This document shows positions 1 to 9,258 of a DNA stretch of 29,751 nucleotides, piece by piece. This DNA is from an uncultured virus (IMG/VR IMGVR_UViG_2609460245_000002) (lineage: Duplodnaviria; Heunggongvirae; Uroviricota; Caudoviricetes). A program made the translations under genes and the position numbers. The notes beneath the pieces are model-generated. The model ran no database searches. It was not told the DNA's origin and saw nothing but the letters and a program-made list of their open reading frames with translations. How positions within the stretch are numbered: the first letter of the stretch is position 1; the number at the start of each line of letters is the position of its first letter. The DNA is taken from positions 62,001 through 91,751 of IMG/VR virus record IMGVR_UViG_2609460245_000002; one strand, given 5' to 3'.

Positions 1-2
1 AG

Positions 3-83
3 CACGAATATCGGCTCGACGAAGGTCTTAGGCACCTACGGGAGAATGATGTTCTTGTCATCAAATACGAGGAGGATCAATGA
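3..83 (+). CDS. 3' end of upstream gene, probably dCMP deaminase (partial)
   Basis: Frame 3 reads HEYRLDEGLRHLRENDVLVIKYEEDQ*, like the C-terminus of dCMP deaminases; stop overlaps ligase ATG (ATGA 80-83). Confidence 0.5.
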   Translation, partial: HEYRLDEGLRHLRENDVLVIKYEEDQ

Positions 84-1288
84 GTTATTTTCAACGGCTG
101 TATGGACTCGACAAGAAAGGCGGGTTCAAGGAGTGAACTGTAGAGGTGATCGGAGAGGAAGACGGTAGCTTCAATATTGTCGTGAAATACGGCAAAGAAC
201 ATGGAGCCATGACCTCTCAGGTTACCAACATCCGAGTTGGTAAGCAGAAACGCTCTGTAGAGGAGCAGGCCGTGTCTGAGGCTCAGTCCAAGGTGAGCAA
301 GCAGTTGGACAAGGGTTATCGTGCAACCAAGGAAGAACTCAACGATCTCCCTGTTATGGCTATGCTCGCAAAACCGCTTGATCCCGCTAAATACAAAGAG
401 GGGTATGGCTCTCCTAAACTAGACGGCCTGCGTTGCATGGCTAAGAAAGCCAATGGAGTAGTTACGCTAGCGTCTCGCATGGGTAAACCTTACAATGTAC
501 CGCACATCATCAAAGAACTCGAAGAGATCATGCAAGAGGGTGATGTGTGGGACGGCGAACTGTACGTCCACGGTGAGGTGCTGGAGGATATCAACTCGGC
601 GGTCAAGCGAGAGGATGCCTACGATAAGTGGATGAAGGCTGAGAAGGCTCTTGACGCCTACGCTCTAGAGAACGGAGAGGAGGAGTATGATCGTCTCCTG
701 AATGAAGTGGACAGCACGTCCTTTATTTACGGTCTTCGTAAGCGGATGGAATTTCACGTATTCGATATCGTGAAAGAAGGCTTGACATTCAAGGAGCGTC
801 TGGTAGACTTCCAGTTCAAGGCTGCGACTGTTGCCGGGATCGGTAAAATTCGCTTCGTCGAGTACGTATTCTGCTCTACTTTCGAAGACCTCAAACGCCT
901 TCACGACGTGTATCGTCAGAACGGCTATGAGGGCATCATGTGGCGTAGCCCGGAAGGGCTGTACGAGTCTGGTAAGCGTTCCAGTGGACTCCAGAAATAC
1001 AAAGAGTTCTTCGATATGGAAATGCAGATCGTGAACTACGTGGTGGACAAGAATGGAAACGCTGTTCTGGTGGTGTTCGACCCTGTGCCTCAAGAGATGC
1101 TTGAGGTGACGTATGGTGACTTTGAAGCCCGTAAGGACCAGATCACTAATTTTGAGAACTATCGGGGTAAGTGGTTGACTGTGCAAATTCAAAGTCGTTT
1201 CAAAAAGACCTTGCGTGCTCAGTTCCCAACTGGTAAACTAATTCGCGCTGGCCGGGTAATCGGCGGTGTATTTGTCCCTGAAGAATAA
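80..1288 (+). CDS. lig: ATP-dependent DNA ligase (in-frame TGA at 134-136; open from 146)
   Basis: Motifs SPKLDGLRC (KxDG), DGELY, FHVFD, YEGIM, KYK; RBS GAGGAGG before ATG 80, same frame as the 146 ORF. Confidence 0.93.
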
Positions 1289-1300
1289 GGAGGATATAAA

Positions 1301-1765
1301 ATGTTCAACGCTAAGTCTGTCAATGTGACCACTGCAATCGACTCTGCCAAGGAGTTCCAGCTCTTGGATACTTCTACTATCCAGATTCGAAGTGTCATCC
1401 AGTTCATGGACGCCCTTACTTATAAATTTAACTACACGACTGGGTGTTTTGAAACCGAAACCCGAGGAGCGAAGCACATCAGCAAATTGAGTTTCAACAC
1501 TGCTGTGCGTCTGCACAACCTGTACCTTGTACCTATCTCGACGATGACCCAGCATGGCTTCTGGGCCCCAGCCGGGTGTGGGTATCGAAGTGCAGGGTTC
1601 ATCGATCTGGTTGTAAGTCCGGAGCTTATGGCAAAGGCGCAGGCCTGTAAGATCGTGAAAAATGCCAAAATCCAGAAGGATCGTAAAGGCAACATTCACA
1701 TTCAGTCCATGATGGTTGAGTTCCCCAACGCGGATTACGCACGCCGTTACAACTTGGGCTTATAA
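1301..1765 (+). CDS. hypothetical phage protein
   Basis: 154 aa ORF, RBS AAGGAGG, followed by a terminator. Confidence 0.85.
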   Translation: MFNAKSVNVTTAIDSAKEFQLLDTSTIQIRSVIQFMDALTYKFNYTTGCFETETRGAKHISKLSFNTAVRLHNLYLVPISTMTQHGFWAPAGCGYRSAGFIDLVVSPELMAKAQACKIVKNAKIQKDRKGNIHIQSMMVEFPNADYARRYNLGL

Positions 1766-1780
1766 TAACCAAGTGATATA

Positions 1781-1807
1781 AAGCCCGCCCACAAGGCGGG
1801 CTTCTTT
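1781..1807 (+). terminator. intrinsic terminator
   Basis: AAGCCCGCC-cacaa-GGCGGGCTT followed by CTTT. Confidence 0.75.
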
Positions 1808-1822
1808 GTCTAAGGAGGTGTT

Positions 1823-2383
1823 ATGGAAACCTTAGAAGCTCTCGTTTTGTCGATCCTTCTAGCTTTTATTGGGATGTTCCTAGATATGGAATACTCTCGT
1901 CTCAAATACGGCACAGAACCTGTAGTAGAGTTCCAAGCCAGTCCCGGTCAAATCATAGAAAGCAAGCGCACCTTGTGTGAGTACAGAAAGCCTTGCAGGT
2001 TGTTGGCTGAAGCTGTATACTTCGAGGCCCGGGGAGAACCGGAGATCGGTCAGATTGCTGTAGCTCATACCGTCATCAACAGGATGCAGCACGATAGGTG
2101 GCCCAGCACCGTAGCTGGAGTGTTATACTTCAAATGCCAATATTCGTACACCTGCGATGGTAGCATGCGGCAGGGCGTCAAGGAGCCCGACAAGTGGGAG
2201 ACAGCAAAACATGTTGCATACAACGCTCTGTATGGGTATACTGTTGATCCAACGGGAGGAGCGGACCACTACCTGAACGAGAGAAAGGTAAGGAGAGCCA
2301 ATAATGGCAGGCTCCCTCGGTGGGCTCGGAAGTACAAGCGTACCATCAAGATAGGCAACCACACATTCTACAAAGGAGATTAA
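1823..2383 (+). CDS. SleB/CwlJ-like cell wall hydrolase (Hydrolase_2) with N-terminal TM segment
   Basis: AVYFEARGEP..GQIAVA.TVINR, QYS, PTGGADHY, IGNHTFY motifs; RBS AAGGAGG. Confidence 0.9.
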   Translation: METLEALVLSILLAFIGMFLDMEYSRLKYGTEPVVEFQASPGQIIESKRTLCEYRKPCRLLAEAVYFEARGEPEIGQIAVAHTVINRMQHDRWPSTVAGVLYFKCQYSYTCDGSMRQGVKEPDKWETAKHVAYNALYGYTVDPTGGADHYLNERKVRRANNGRLPRWARKYKRTIKIGNHTFYKGD

Positions 2384-2384
2384 C

Positions 2385-2945
2385 ATGAAAACTCAGCTCG
2401 GTATTGCTATCGAGATCGCACTCTCGGCCCATGAAGGTCAGCGGTATGGAGAGACCAACTATCCGTATGCCTACCATCTGAACCAAGTGCATACAATCTG
2501 CGTAGCACGTAATGCTCCGAAGGATATGGACCCGAATCAGGCCTTCTCGGACTTTCCGTACATGGACACCCTTCTAGCGGTCTGCTTCCTCCATGACGTT
2601 CTTGAGGATACCGACCTGACAGAGGAGGACTTAGAGTCTATGGGCGTGATGCCGCATATCGTAGAGGCTCTGGTCATTCTTGACAAAAACCGAGCTGAAA
2701 GCTATCGGAAGTATATCGAGGGTTGCCGTAATCATCCGGTTGCAAAAGAGGTTAAAATCTGCGACACTATTGCCAATCTTACAAATTCTGTGATGAGTGG
2801 CAATGCGAAACGGATCAAGAAGTATAGCAACCAACTGAGCATGCTCGAAAGGGAAGCATCGGTTCTGGAAAACAAGGCACAGAAGAAGACAACCCGTTCC
2901 GACAAATTCAAAGGCTACGTAGGAGAACAGTATAATGTGGAATGA
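2385..2945 (+). CDS. RelA/SpoT-type HD hydrolase (Mesh1/SAH-like)
   Basis: H..Q.Y...PY..HL..V, LHDVLEDT, VKICDTIANL motifs. Confidence 0.85.
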   Translation: MKTQLGIAIEIALSAHEGQRYGETNYPYAYHLNQVHTICVARNAPKDMDPNQAFSDFPYMDTLLAVCFLHDVLEDTDLTEEDLESMGVMPHIVEALVILDKNRAESYRKYIEGCRNHPVAKEVKICDTIANLTNSVMSGNAKRIKKYSNQLSMLEREASVLENKAQKKTTRSDKFKGYVGEQYNVE

Positions 2946-3366
2946 ATATAAAGAGCAGTACAGCTACACCCCAGCCACCACCGAGGAGATTAAAGAAGTT
3001 CTTGCAAGATGGGAGTTCATTAAATTGCAGGCTGAGTCGGCTGTAGAGGAAGCCATCAACAACTATTCTCGTCCTTACTCTTTCTTCGAGAAGTTGCGGG
3101 GTGTAGACAAGTGGTCTCCGAAAGAGTTACTGAAGAAAGACGCAGTAGACCACTGGCTTGGTGTTGAAGGGCACCTGTACCGAGAGGGTAAGATTAATGC
3201 AGACACCTACTGGGTAGTAGACTTCCACTATGAACGCCGAGATATGCTGTCAGAGTTCAAGGCAATGGCCCATATGAAACCGGATCGAGAGCATCTGCTG
3301 GGAGGCGCTGCTATTCGACTGATCCGCAGGATCAACAAGATTTATGAATTTGAAAAGGAGGCATAA
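2935..3366 (+). CDS. hypothetical protein
   Basis: 143 aa ORF with RBS, coupled to neighbours. Confidence 0.8.
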   Translation: MWNEYKEQYSYTPATTEEIKEVLARWEFIKLQAESAVEEAINNYSRPYSFFEKLRGVDKWSPKELLKKDAVDHWLGVEGHLYREGKINADTYWVVDFHYERRDMLSEFKAMAHMKPDREHLLGGAAIRLIRRINKIYEFEKEA

Positions 3367-3933
3367 TGTCTGTATTTTTCTCTTCCGATCTCCACTTCTT
3401 CCATAAGAATGTGATCGAATACTGCAACAGGCCTTGGACTTTCGAGGAGCAAACTGAGGAGCTTATTTCTCGGTGGAACTCCCGGGTAGGACTTTTTTGA
3501 CGAAGTGTATCACTTGGGCGACTTCGCATTCGCCGGCAGGAACAAGCTGCACTCTGTACTGGAGATCATTAAACAGTTGAATGGCCGTATCACCTTCCTG
3601 AAGGGAAACCATTGCGACTCTCGTCTGTGGAAGTTGATCGCTGCTAGCAATCTCTCTCACGTAGAAGACATCCGTGAGTACAAGGAGATTCGAATTGACG
3701 GAGTGAAGATCGTGATGTGCCACTATCCTTTCGAAACTTGGAACACTGCTCATCATGGTGCTTGGCATCTACACGGCCACACTCACGGCAGCTTGCCTTC
3801 CAAAGGAAAGAGGCTTGATGTAGGTATTGACAACCACCCAGATCATCAGGTATTCTCTTACGACGAAGTGAGAGATTACATGCGTAATCAGGAATTTGTG
3901 GTAGTAGATCATCATGACGGACAGCGAGGATAA
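3366..3933 (+). CDS. calcineurin-like metallophosphoesterase (one extra T in run at about 3493-3498)
   Basis: SDLH in the upstream frame; HLGD, GNH, CHYP, HGHTH in the 3505 frame; joined by removing one T. Confidence 0.88.
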
Positions 3934-3934
3934 C

Positions 3935-4171
3935 ATGGTTAATGTATCGATTTCACGAAGTGAGCGTGGCGTTATACCCAAAGCTAACACTTTGGTTGAG
4001 CTGATTCACGACGACGGAGTTCCATTCGTTGTACTGATGACTTCAGACGTTAAGGCTGACGGGACTTTCGAAGGAGTGGCTTTCGAAGACGCCCGTTGGA
4101 CAGACCAGTTCGAAATTTCTCAATTCCAAGTGTTTAATGGTGAAGTGTCGCTGCGTAACAAGGAGGACTAA
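3935..4171 (+). CDS. hypothetical protein
   Basis: ATG 3935 after GAGGA; fills operon gap. Confidence 0.75.
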   Translation: MVNVSISRSERGVIPKANTLVELIHDDGVPFVVLMTSDVKADGTFEGVAFEDARWTDQFEISQFQVFNGEVSLRNKED

Positions 4172-4172
4172 G

Positions 4173-4448
4173 ATGAGCAATTCGGTTCAAGATTTCAAAA
4201 AGGCTGTAATGGCAGCGGCTGCACACTATATTTCTCAGTCGGGCCTAACTCAGCGGGAAGTAGCTGAGAGATGTGGTACTCATCAGAGTCGAATCTCTAA
4301 TCTGATGAAGCAGCATGTTGACAAATTCTCTATCGAGAGTATACTGGAGATCGTTGACAAGCTCGGAGGCTACAAGATGGTAGCTTCTTTCGAACTCGAA
4401 GAGCACAACGTACTCAATTTCAACATCTTCCCGGAGGAACAAGCATGA
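4173..4448 (+). CDS. XRE-family HTH DNA-binding protein
   Basis: LTQREVAERCGTHQSRISNL...KFSIESI; RBS AAGGAGG before ATG 4173. Confidence 0.85.
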   Translation: MSNSVQDFKKAVMAAAAHYISQSGLTQREVAERCGTHQSRISNLMKQHVDKFSIESILEIVDKLGGYKMVASFELEEHNVLNFNIFPEEQA

Positions 4449-4853
4449 AGATTAATAAGAATTCGTGGCATATGCGCCTGCATCGTAAATTCGAAAGTCC
4501 TAACCTACTTGGACATTTCCAGCGGATGGAAGAGCGTTACTCTCTGCTCTTATTTCTGGCAAACGGTCTTTCTTGTAGTGTGGCTAGCCCTCAGTTCAGT
4601 AGCATTTGCATCGGTTATAGGCTCCAGCCTGTATGCACTGCTACTTGGACCCGCGACCGGCTACATTCTAGGCGGGACTTTGGCTATTATGGGGTTTATA
4701 TGGATTGCCGTAGCGGCTGTATTCTATGGTGTATCGGTCTTCTATCGGCTCGCTCGACTGATGTCTAAGAGGCCCGATAAAAAGGATGGGATTTTCTTGT
4801 CGTATTTGAAAGCGAAGAAGTCTAAATTCTGCCCGATTGTAGAAGTAGAATAA
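4445..4853 (+). CDS. two-TM membrane protein (apparent +1 frameshift at about 4503)
   Basis: MKINKNSWH N-terminus joins LCSYFW...YLKAKKSKFCPIVEVE; hydrophobic segments. Confidence 0.7.
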
Positions 4854-4864
4854 GGAGGAATAGG

Positions 4865-5782
4865 ATGGAAGGTAAACTCCGTATTGAGATGTACAAAGAC
4901 CTGATCGACAAAAAGCTAGTGACGGTTAAGCATTTCAACGGTATGTCGGTTATTAAATACGCTCGTAAGGTATTCTACGACAACCTGTGGAACGAGCACC
5001 CGCTTCTTCTCGAAGCGCGGGGACACGTGTTTGACCAACAGTCCGGTGATTGTATTGTTCGTCCCTTTGAGAAGGTGTTCAACCTAGGGGAGAATGGAGC
5101 GGGTCGTTTCCTCCATCCTAAATTCCGTGTTCGCCTGATTGAGAAAGTGAATGGATTCATGTTCTCTGTAACTAAGCACAACGGATCGCTAATCTTCAGC
5201 ACCACCGGATCGCTGACTAGTGACTATGTTGCACTTGGTCGGAAGTATGTGTCTGAGAATCCAGATGACTACATCGCAGGGTTTACGTACAACTTTGAAA
5301 TCTGCTCGCCGGAAGACCCTCACATTGTGGAAGAGGAAGAGGGCGCGTACTTGATTGGCGTAAGGGACATTTTCACTGGGGAGCAGCAATCGGAGAATAT
5401 TCTAGATGCATATGCACATGGCATGTCGGCTGGAAGCTGTGTCAAGATTCTCCGCCCAGAGCATATCGAGTGTAGTTGGGAGCACGCCAAGGGTTTGCTG
5501 AGTTCCTGCGAGAAAGAGGGTTACATGGTGAGGACTGGCATAGGTACTGTTAAGTGCAAGTCAACTCACTACCTCGGCAAGAAGTTTATCATGAGGATGG
5601 GTAGTAAGAAGGTCAATGCGATGTACCAAGACCCGGCTGGATTCAAGCAGACGCTTGACGAAGAGTTCTATCCTCTGGTAGACTTCTTGGTAAATGAAGT
5701 GGATGAGGCTCGGTTCTCAGAAATGACTGACGCACAGCGCCGTCTTCTGATCGAGACCTATTTCGACATGGCTCGAATCTAA
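4865..5782 (+). CDS. RNA ligase (T4 Rnl1-like)
   Basis: RPFEKVFN, EKVNG (KxNG motif I), FEI, EGYMV, KCKS nucleotidyltransferase motifs. Confidence 0.85.
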   Translation: MEGKLRIEMYKDLIDKKLVTVKHFNGMSVIKYARKVFYDNLWNEHPLLLEARGHVFDQQSGDCIVRPFEKVFNLGENGAGRFLHPKFRVRLIEKVNGFMFSVTKHNGSLIFSTTGSLTSDYVALGRKYVSENPDDYIAGFTYNFEICSPEDPHIVEEEEGAYLIGVRDIFTGEQQSENILDAYAHGMSAGSCVKILRPEHIECSWEHAKGLLSSCEKEGYMVRTGIGTVKCKSTHYLGKKFIMRMGSKKVNAMYQDPAGFKQTLDEEFYPLVDFLVNEVDEARFSEMTDAQRRLLIETYFDMARI

Positions 5783-5792
5783 AGGAGGATAT

Positions 5793-6211
5793 GTGAAGGA
5801 GAAGATTCTGTACATCATTCGAGGACTCCCGGGTTCCGGGAAGTCCTCTCTTGCCGAGATTCTGTATAACAAGGCTTGGGAGTCAGGCCGGCAGGCGTCT
5901 ATCTGCGAAGCGGACGATTACCAAATGGAGTTCGGCAAGTATGTGTGGAAAGCTGAGCGGGTAGCTGAATCCCACTAATAAAGTGCATGGACAAGGCTCG
6001 AAGGTCTATGGAGATAGGACTAGATGCGGTTATTGTATCAAACACTAGTACCCGGGAACGAGAGATCAAGCCTTATATTGACATGGCCGAAGAGTTTGGC
6101 TACACTGTTATTTCTCTGATTGTAGAGAATCGCCATGGGAATAAGTCTGTACACGACGTCCCTGAGAGCACCATGGAAGCAATGCGAAATCGCTTCTCTG
6201 TGAAACTGTGA
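5793..6211 (+). CDS. P-loop kinase, polynucleotide-kinase-like (disrupted at about 5976-5986)
   Basis: RGLPGSGKS Walker A, EADDY, then VIVSNT and NRHGNKSVHDVP in a second frame. Confidence 0.8.
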
Positions 6212-6220
6212 GGAGGATAT

Positions 6221-7087
6221 ATGATTAGTTATTCTGTAGGTTGTCTTCATGAAATGGAAGGTGTTATGAGCCGTCCGTGGCAAGAGGCAAAAGTGTGGAC
6301 GTTCCCGGGCGGCGAAGTGGGCGTTAATGTGGGCGGCATCGAAAGCCATGCGTTCGTAAACGTTAAAGCTCAGATTCAGAATAGTGATGATATCATGGCT
6401 CTTCTCAACGTCACCGAGGCGATCAGAGCAGAAATGATTAATCCGCACATGACTCTTCTGCTGGGTTATGTCCCGTATGCTCGCCAAGACCGTCGGTGCA
6501 ATCCGGGCGACGCCTTCAGTTTGAAAGTGTTTGCAAACCTGCTGAACTCTGCCGGATACGACCGAGTTATCGTTGTGGACCCTCACAGCGACGCAACTCT
6601 GCACCTGATTAACAACGTCGAAGTTGTTCGTCAATCTTCGGTCTTCGGTGGCCTGCTGAACCGCTCAGAGTGGGAGCAGTACCAACTCGTAGCCCCTGAT
6701 ATCGGAGCAACAAAGCGGACCGAGGATTTTGCAAAGAAGGCCGGAGCAGCCGCTGTAATTCGTTGCAATAAGAAGCGCGATCTCCAGACCGGTAAAATCG
6801 AAGGCTTTGAAATTCTGAATCCTTCGGATATCGATCCTGAACTTCCGCTTCTGGTGATCGACGATATCTGCGACGGAGGAGCTACATTCCGAAGCGTATC
6901 TAAGGCCCTGAGAGAGTACAGTAAAGTGCTCCCTGACCTGTTCGTCACTCATGGAATCTTCAGTAAGGGTATCGACTGCTTGCTGGATTCCTTCGGATGC
7001 ATCTACACATCGGACACGCTCCCTCAAAAAGAGCACGAAGCGCTAACTGTCATTCCGGTTGAATACTCTAAGGCGGAACGCCTGTGA
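6221..7087 (+). CDS. adps: ribose-phosphate pyrophosphokinase-like protein; likely NARP1 ADPR-PP synthetase
   Basis: FPGGE, YVPYARQDR, DPHS, PDIGA, IDDICDGGATF, THGIFS motifs; near a Nampt-like gene. Confidence 0.88.
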   Translation: MISYSVGCLHEMEGVMSRPWQEAKVWTFPGGEVGVNVGGIESHAFVNVKAQIQNSDDIMALLNVTEAIRAEMINPHMTLLLGYVPYARQDRRCNPGDAFSLKVFANLLNSAGYDRVIVVDPHSDATLHLINNVEVVRQSSVFGGLLNRSEWEQYQLVAPDIGATKRTEDFAKKAGAAAVIRCNKKRDLQTGKIEGFEILNPSDIDPELPLLVIDDICDGGATFRSVSKALREYSKVLPDLFVTHGIFSKGIDCLLDSFGCIYTSDTLPQKEHEALTVIPVEYSKAERL

Positions 7088-7302
7088 GCTTGAGTATCTG
7101 GATTGTAGAGTATAAGCGTTCGGCTCCAGAGAAGAGGGTTGTCAAGGTGGAGGAGTTCGACACCAAGGAGGAACTGGACGCTCGGTACAAGACGATGCAC
7201 GATAAGTTTTGGGAAGACTTCCACAGCAAGAAGCAACCATTGCTGCGCCTTCCATGCATCTACCCTGTGCTGACGCTGCCAGTAGAAGAAGTCGAATATT
7301 GA
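7084..7302 (+). CDS. hypothetical protein
   Basis: 72 aa ORF, GTG overlaps upstream stop. Confidence 0.7.
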   Translation: MSLSIWIVEYKRSAPEKRVVKVEEFDTKEELDARYKTMHDKFWEDFHSKKQPLLRLPCIYPVLTLPVEEVEY

Positions 7303-7333
7303 CAGGAGGCCCAGATTGATGTAGTCTGGGCCT
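7299..7333 (+). promoter_or_regulatory. sigma70-like promoter with inverted repeat overlapping the -10
   Basis: TTGACA(7299)-17 bp-TAGTCT(7322); AGGCCCAGA...TCTGGGCCT inverted repeat. Confidence 0.6.
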
Positions 7334-7358
7334 ATTCAACACAACAGGAGGAAATAAC

Positions 7359-9047
7359 ATGAAAATTCTGCCGCATCTTTCCACTGATGGGTACAAGATT
7401 GGACACGGCTCCATGTACTCGGAAGGAACTCAGCTTGTCTATAGCAACCTGACCCCTCGCTCCGATAAGATTTATCGAAAGACGCATGCCACCGACTTCT
7501 ACGACGGCACTCTTAAATGGGTTGGCGGGCGGGCTGCTTGGATGGAGATCGTAGAGTCTTGGGAAGGCTTCTTCAAGGCTGACGAAGAGAACGCAGTTGG
7601 CCGGTATGCCCGGTTCCTGACTGGTTACTTTGGCCGTGAGATGGAAGCTGTAGAGCAGCTTCGAGCCCTCCACAAGCTCGGTTATCTGCCTCTGGAGGTA
7701 AAATCTCTTACCGAAGGCGTCAGTGTGCCGATGGGTGTGCCTGTTCTCACCATCAAGAACACCCTGCCTGAGTTTTACTGGCTGGTGAACTACCACGAAA
7801 CACTGATTTCTGCTATGACTTGGAAGACCGCAACTAACGCCACTATCGCCGCAGAATACGCAGCTATGGGCCGTTACTACGCGAATCACACTGGATGCTA
7901 TGACGACTTCCTGCTGTCCGTTCAGTTCCACGACTTCAGTGCCCGGGGCATGAGCGGGATCGAAGACGCAGCCCGTAGTGGTGTTGGTCACTTGACCTCG
8001 TTCGTAGGTTCGGACACATTGGCAGCAGCTATTTATGCTGAGGACTACTATAACGCGACTGGTTTGGTAGCTTGCTCCGTTCCTGCGACTGAACACGCTG
8101 TAGCTACTAGCAACATCCTCCGCATTGAGAAAGAAATGAAGGACGGAGAAGGTAAAGGTGGCCGTGAGGAAGCAGAACGTCGATTCCTTGTCGAACTGAT
8201 GGGTAAGTTCCCGAGTGGTATTCTGTCGTACGTGGCAGACAGCTTCGACTTCTGGGGCGTGCTTACTGACATTCTGCCGTCCATCAAGGATCAGATCATG
8301 GAACGTGACGGCAAGCTGGTTGTTCGTCCCGATTCTGGCGATCCTGTAGAGGTTATCTGCGGACTGGGCGATGTGGAAGTTGTTGAATCTCTTGAGCACT
8401 GGGATATCATGGATGCGGTCAACGGAAATGACGCTTTTGTTCTAGAGTTCGAAGATAAATATTTCAAGGTCATCCCAACCGAGTGGGACCAGTATGAGTA
8501 TGTAATTGGCTATAAACTGGAGGAAGTGAGCGAAGCTCAGGTGAAAGGTGCTATCCAAGTTCTTTGGGAAACCTTTGGTGGTACTGTGAACGAAGCTGGT
8601 TATAAGATGCTGGATTCTCATATCGGTTTGATCTATGGGGATTCCATTACAACTCGCCGGGCAGCTAAAATCTTGGAACGCTTGAAGCAGAAAGGTTTCG
8701 CATCCTTGAACGTGGTCTTCGGAGTTGGTAGTTACACCTATCAGTGCAATACCCGAGACACCTTCGGGTTCGCAGTGAAAGCCACTTACACTGAGGTGAA
8801 CGGAGAAGGCATTGCAATCTTCAAAGACCCTAAGACTGACAGTAAGAAGAAGTCGGCTAAAGGTCTCTTGAAAGTGTACCGAGACCAAGGAAATGGACGA
8901 TTCCTGCGACTTGAAGATGGCGTATCTAAAGAAGAAGAAGCTACCGGTCATCTGCGGACGTTCTTCAAGGATGGAAAGTGGGATGTGGAAGACCTGAAGA
9001 ACAATGATCTGGAGTCTATCCGTTATCGGATTAAGAATGGCGTATAA
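7359..9047 (+). CDS. namat: nicotinamide phosphoribosyltransferase-like protein; likely NARP1 nicotinamide ADPR-transferase
   Basis: TDGYK..H, HDFSARG, GSDT, SVPATEH, VVRPDSGDP, IYGDSIT, TRDTFGFAVKAT, KDPKTD..KKSAKG. Confidence 0.92.
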   Translation: MKILPHLSTDGYKIGHGSMYSEGTQLVYSNLTPRSDKIYRKTHATDFYDGTLKWVGGRAAWMEIVESWEGFFKADEENAVGRYARFLTGYFGREMEAVEQLRALHKLGYLPLEVKSLTEGVSVPMGVPVLTIKNTLPEFYWLVNYHETLISAMTWKTATNATIAAEYAAMGRYYANHTGCYDDFLLSVQFHDFSARGMSGIEDAARSGVGHLTSFVGSDTLAAAIYAEDYYNATGLVACSVPATEHAVATSNILRIEKEMKDGEGKGGREEAERRFLVELMGKFPSGILSYVADSFDFWGVLTDILPSIKDQIMERDGKLVVRPDSGDPVEVICGLGDVEVVESLEHWDIMDAVNGNDAFVLEFEDKYFKVIPTEWDQYEYVIGYKLEEVSEAQVKGAIQVLWETFGGTVNEAGYKMLDSHIGLIYGDSITTRRAAKILERLKQKGFASLNVVFGVGSYTYQCNTRDTFGFAVKATYTEVNGEGIAIFKDPKTDSKKKSAKGLLKVYRDQGNGRFLRLEDGVSKEEEATGHLRTFFKDGKWDVEDLKNNDLESIRYRIKNGV

Positions 9048-9057
9048 GGAGGAAGTA

Positions 9058-9258
9058 GTGTTAGCTAAGTATTATATTACAACCTTCTGCGAGCAAGGTC
9101 GCCCAGAGAATAAAGGACACAAGTTGTTCAAGTTCCAAATTTGGGAGAAGGAGTATTGGTCTCCATTTGCTGCCATCAACTTTATGTACGATGACATTAA
9201 AGTTAGATCAAGAGGTTCTGGTGGTATCAGATTCACAAGTGTAGAGAGGTTCAAATGA
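9058..9258 (+). CDS. hypothetical protein
   Basis: GTG after AAGGAGG; stop overlaps next ATG. Confidence 0.7.
   Translation: MLAKYYITTFCEQGRPENKGHKLFKFQIWEKEYWSPFAAINFMYDDIKVRSRGSGGIRFTSVERFK

Noticed and set aside
134..136. Genome-wide TGA recoding
   Set aside because: TGA serves as the normal stop in many ATGA/GTGA gene overlaps in this window
665..1699. Antisense ORFs 665-1192 and 1238-1699
   Set aside because: Overlap well-supported + strand genes almost entirely
3490..3500. Programmed ribosomal frameshift at the T-run
   Set aside because: Similar homopolymer indels occur in many unrelated genes, so error is the simpler explanation
6038..7036. Antisense ORFs over the kinase and Prs-like genes
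   Set aside because: Shadow ORFs without independent support
7332..8399. 355 aa antisense ORF
   Set aside because: Shadow of the codon-biased Nampt-like gene; no RBS or recognisable motifs
6221..9047. NARP2 (Nampt plus Nmnat) pathway
   Set aside because: The partner gene is Prs-like and no NMN adenylyltransferase is seen in the window
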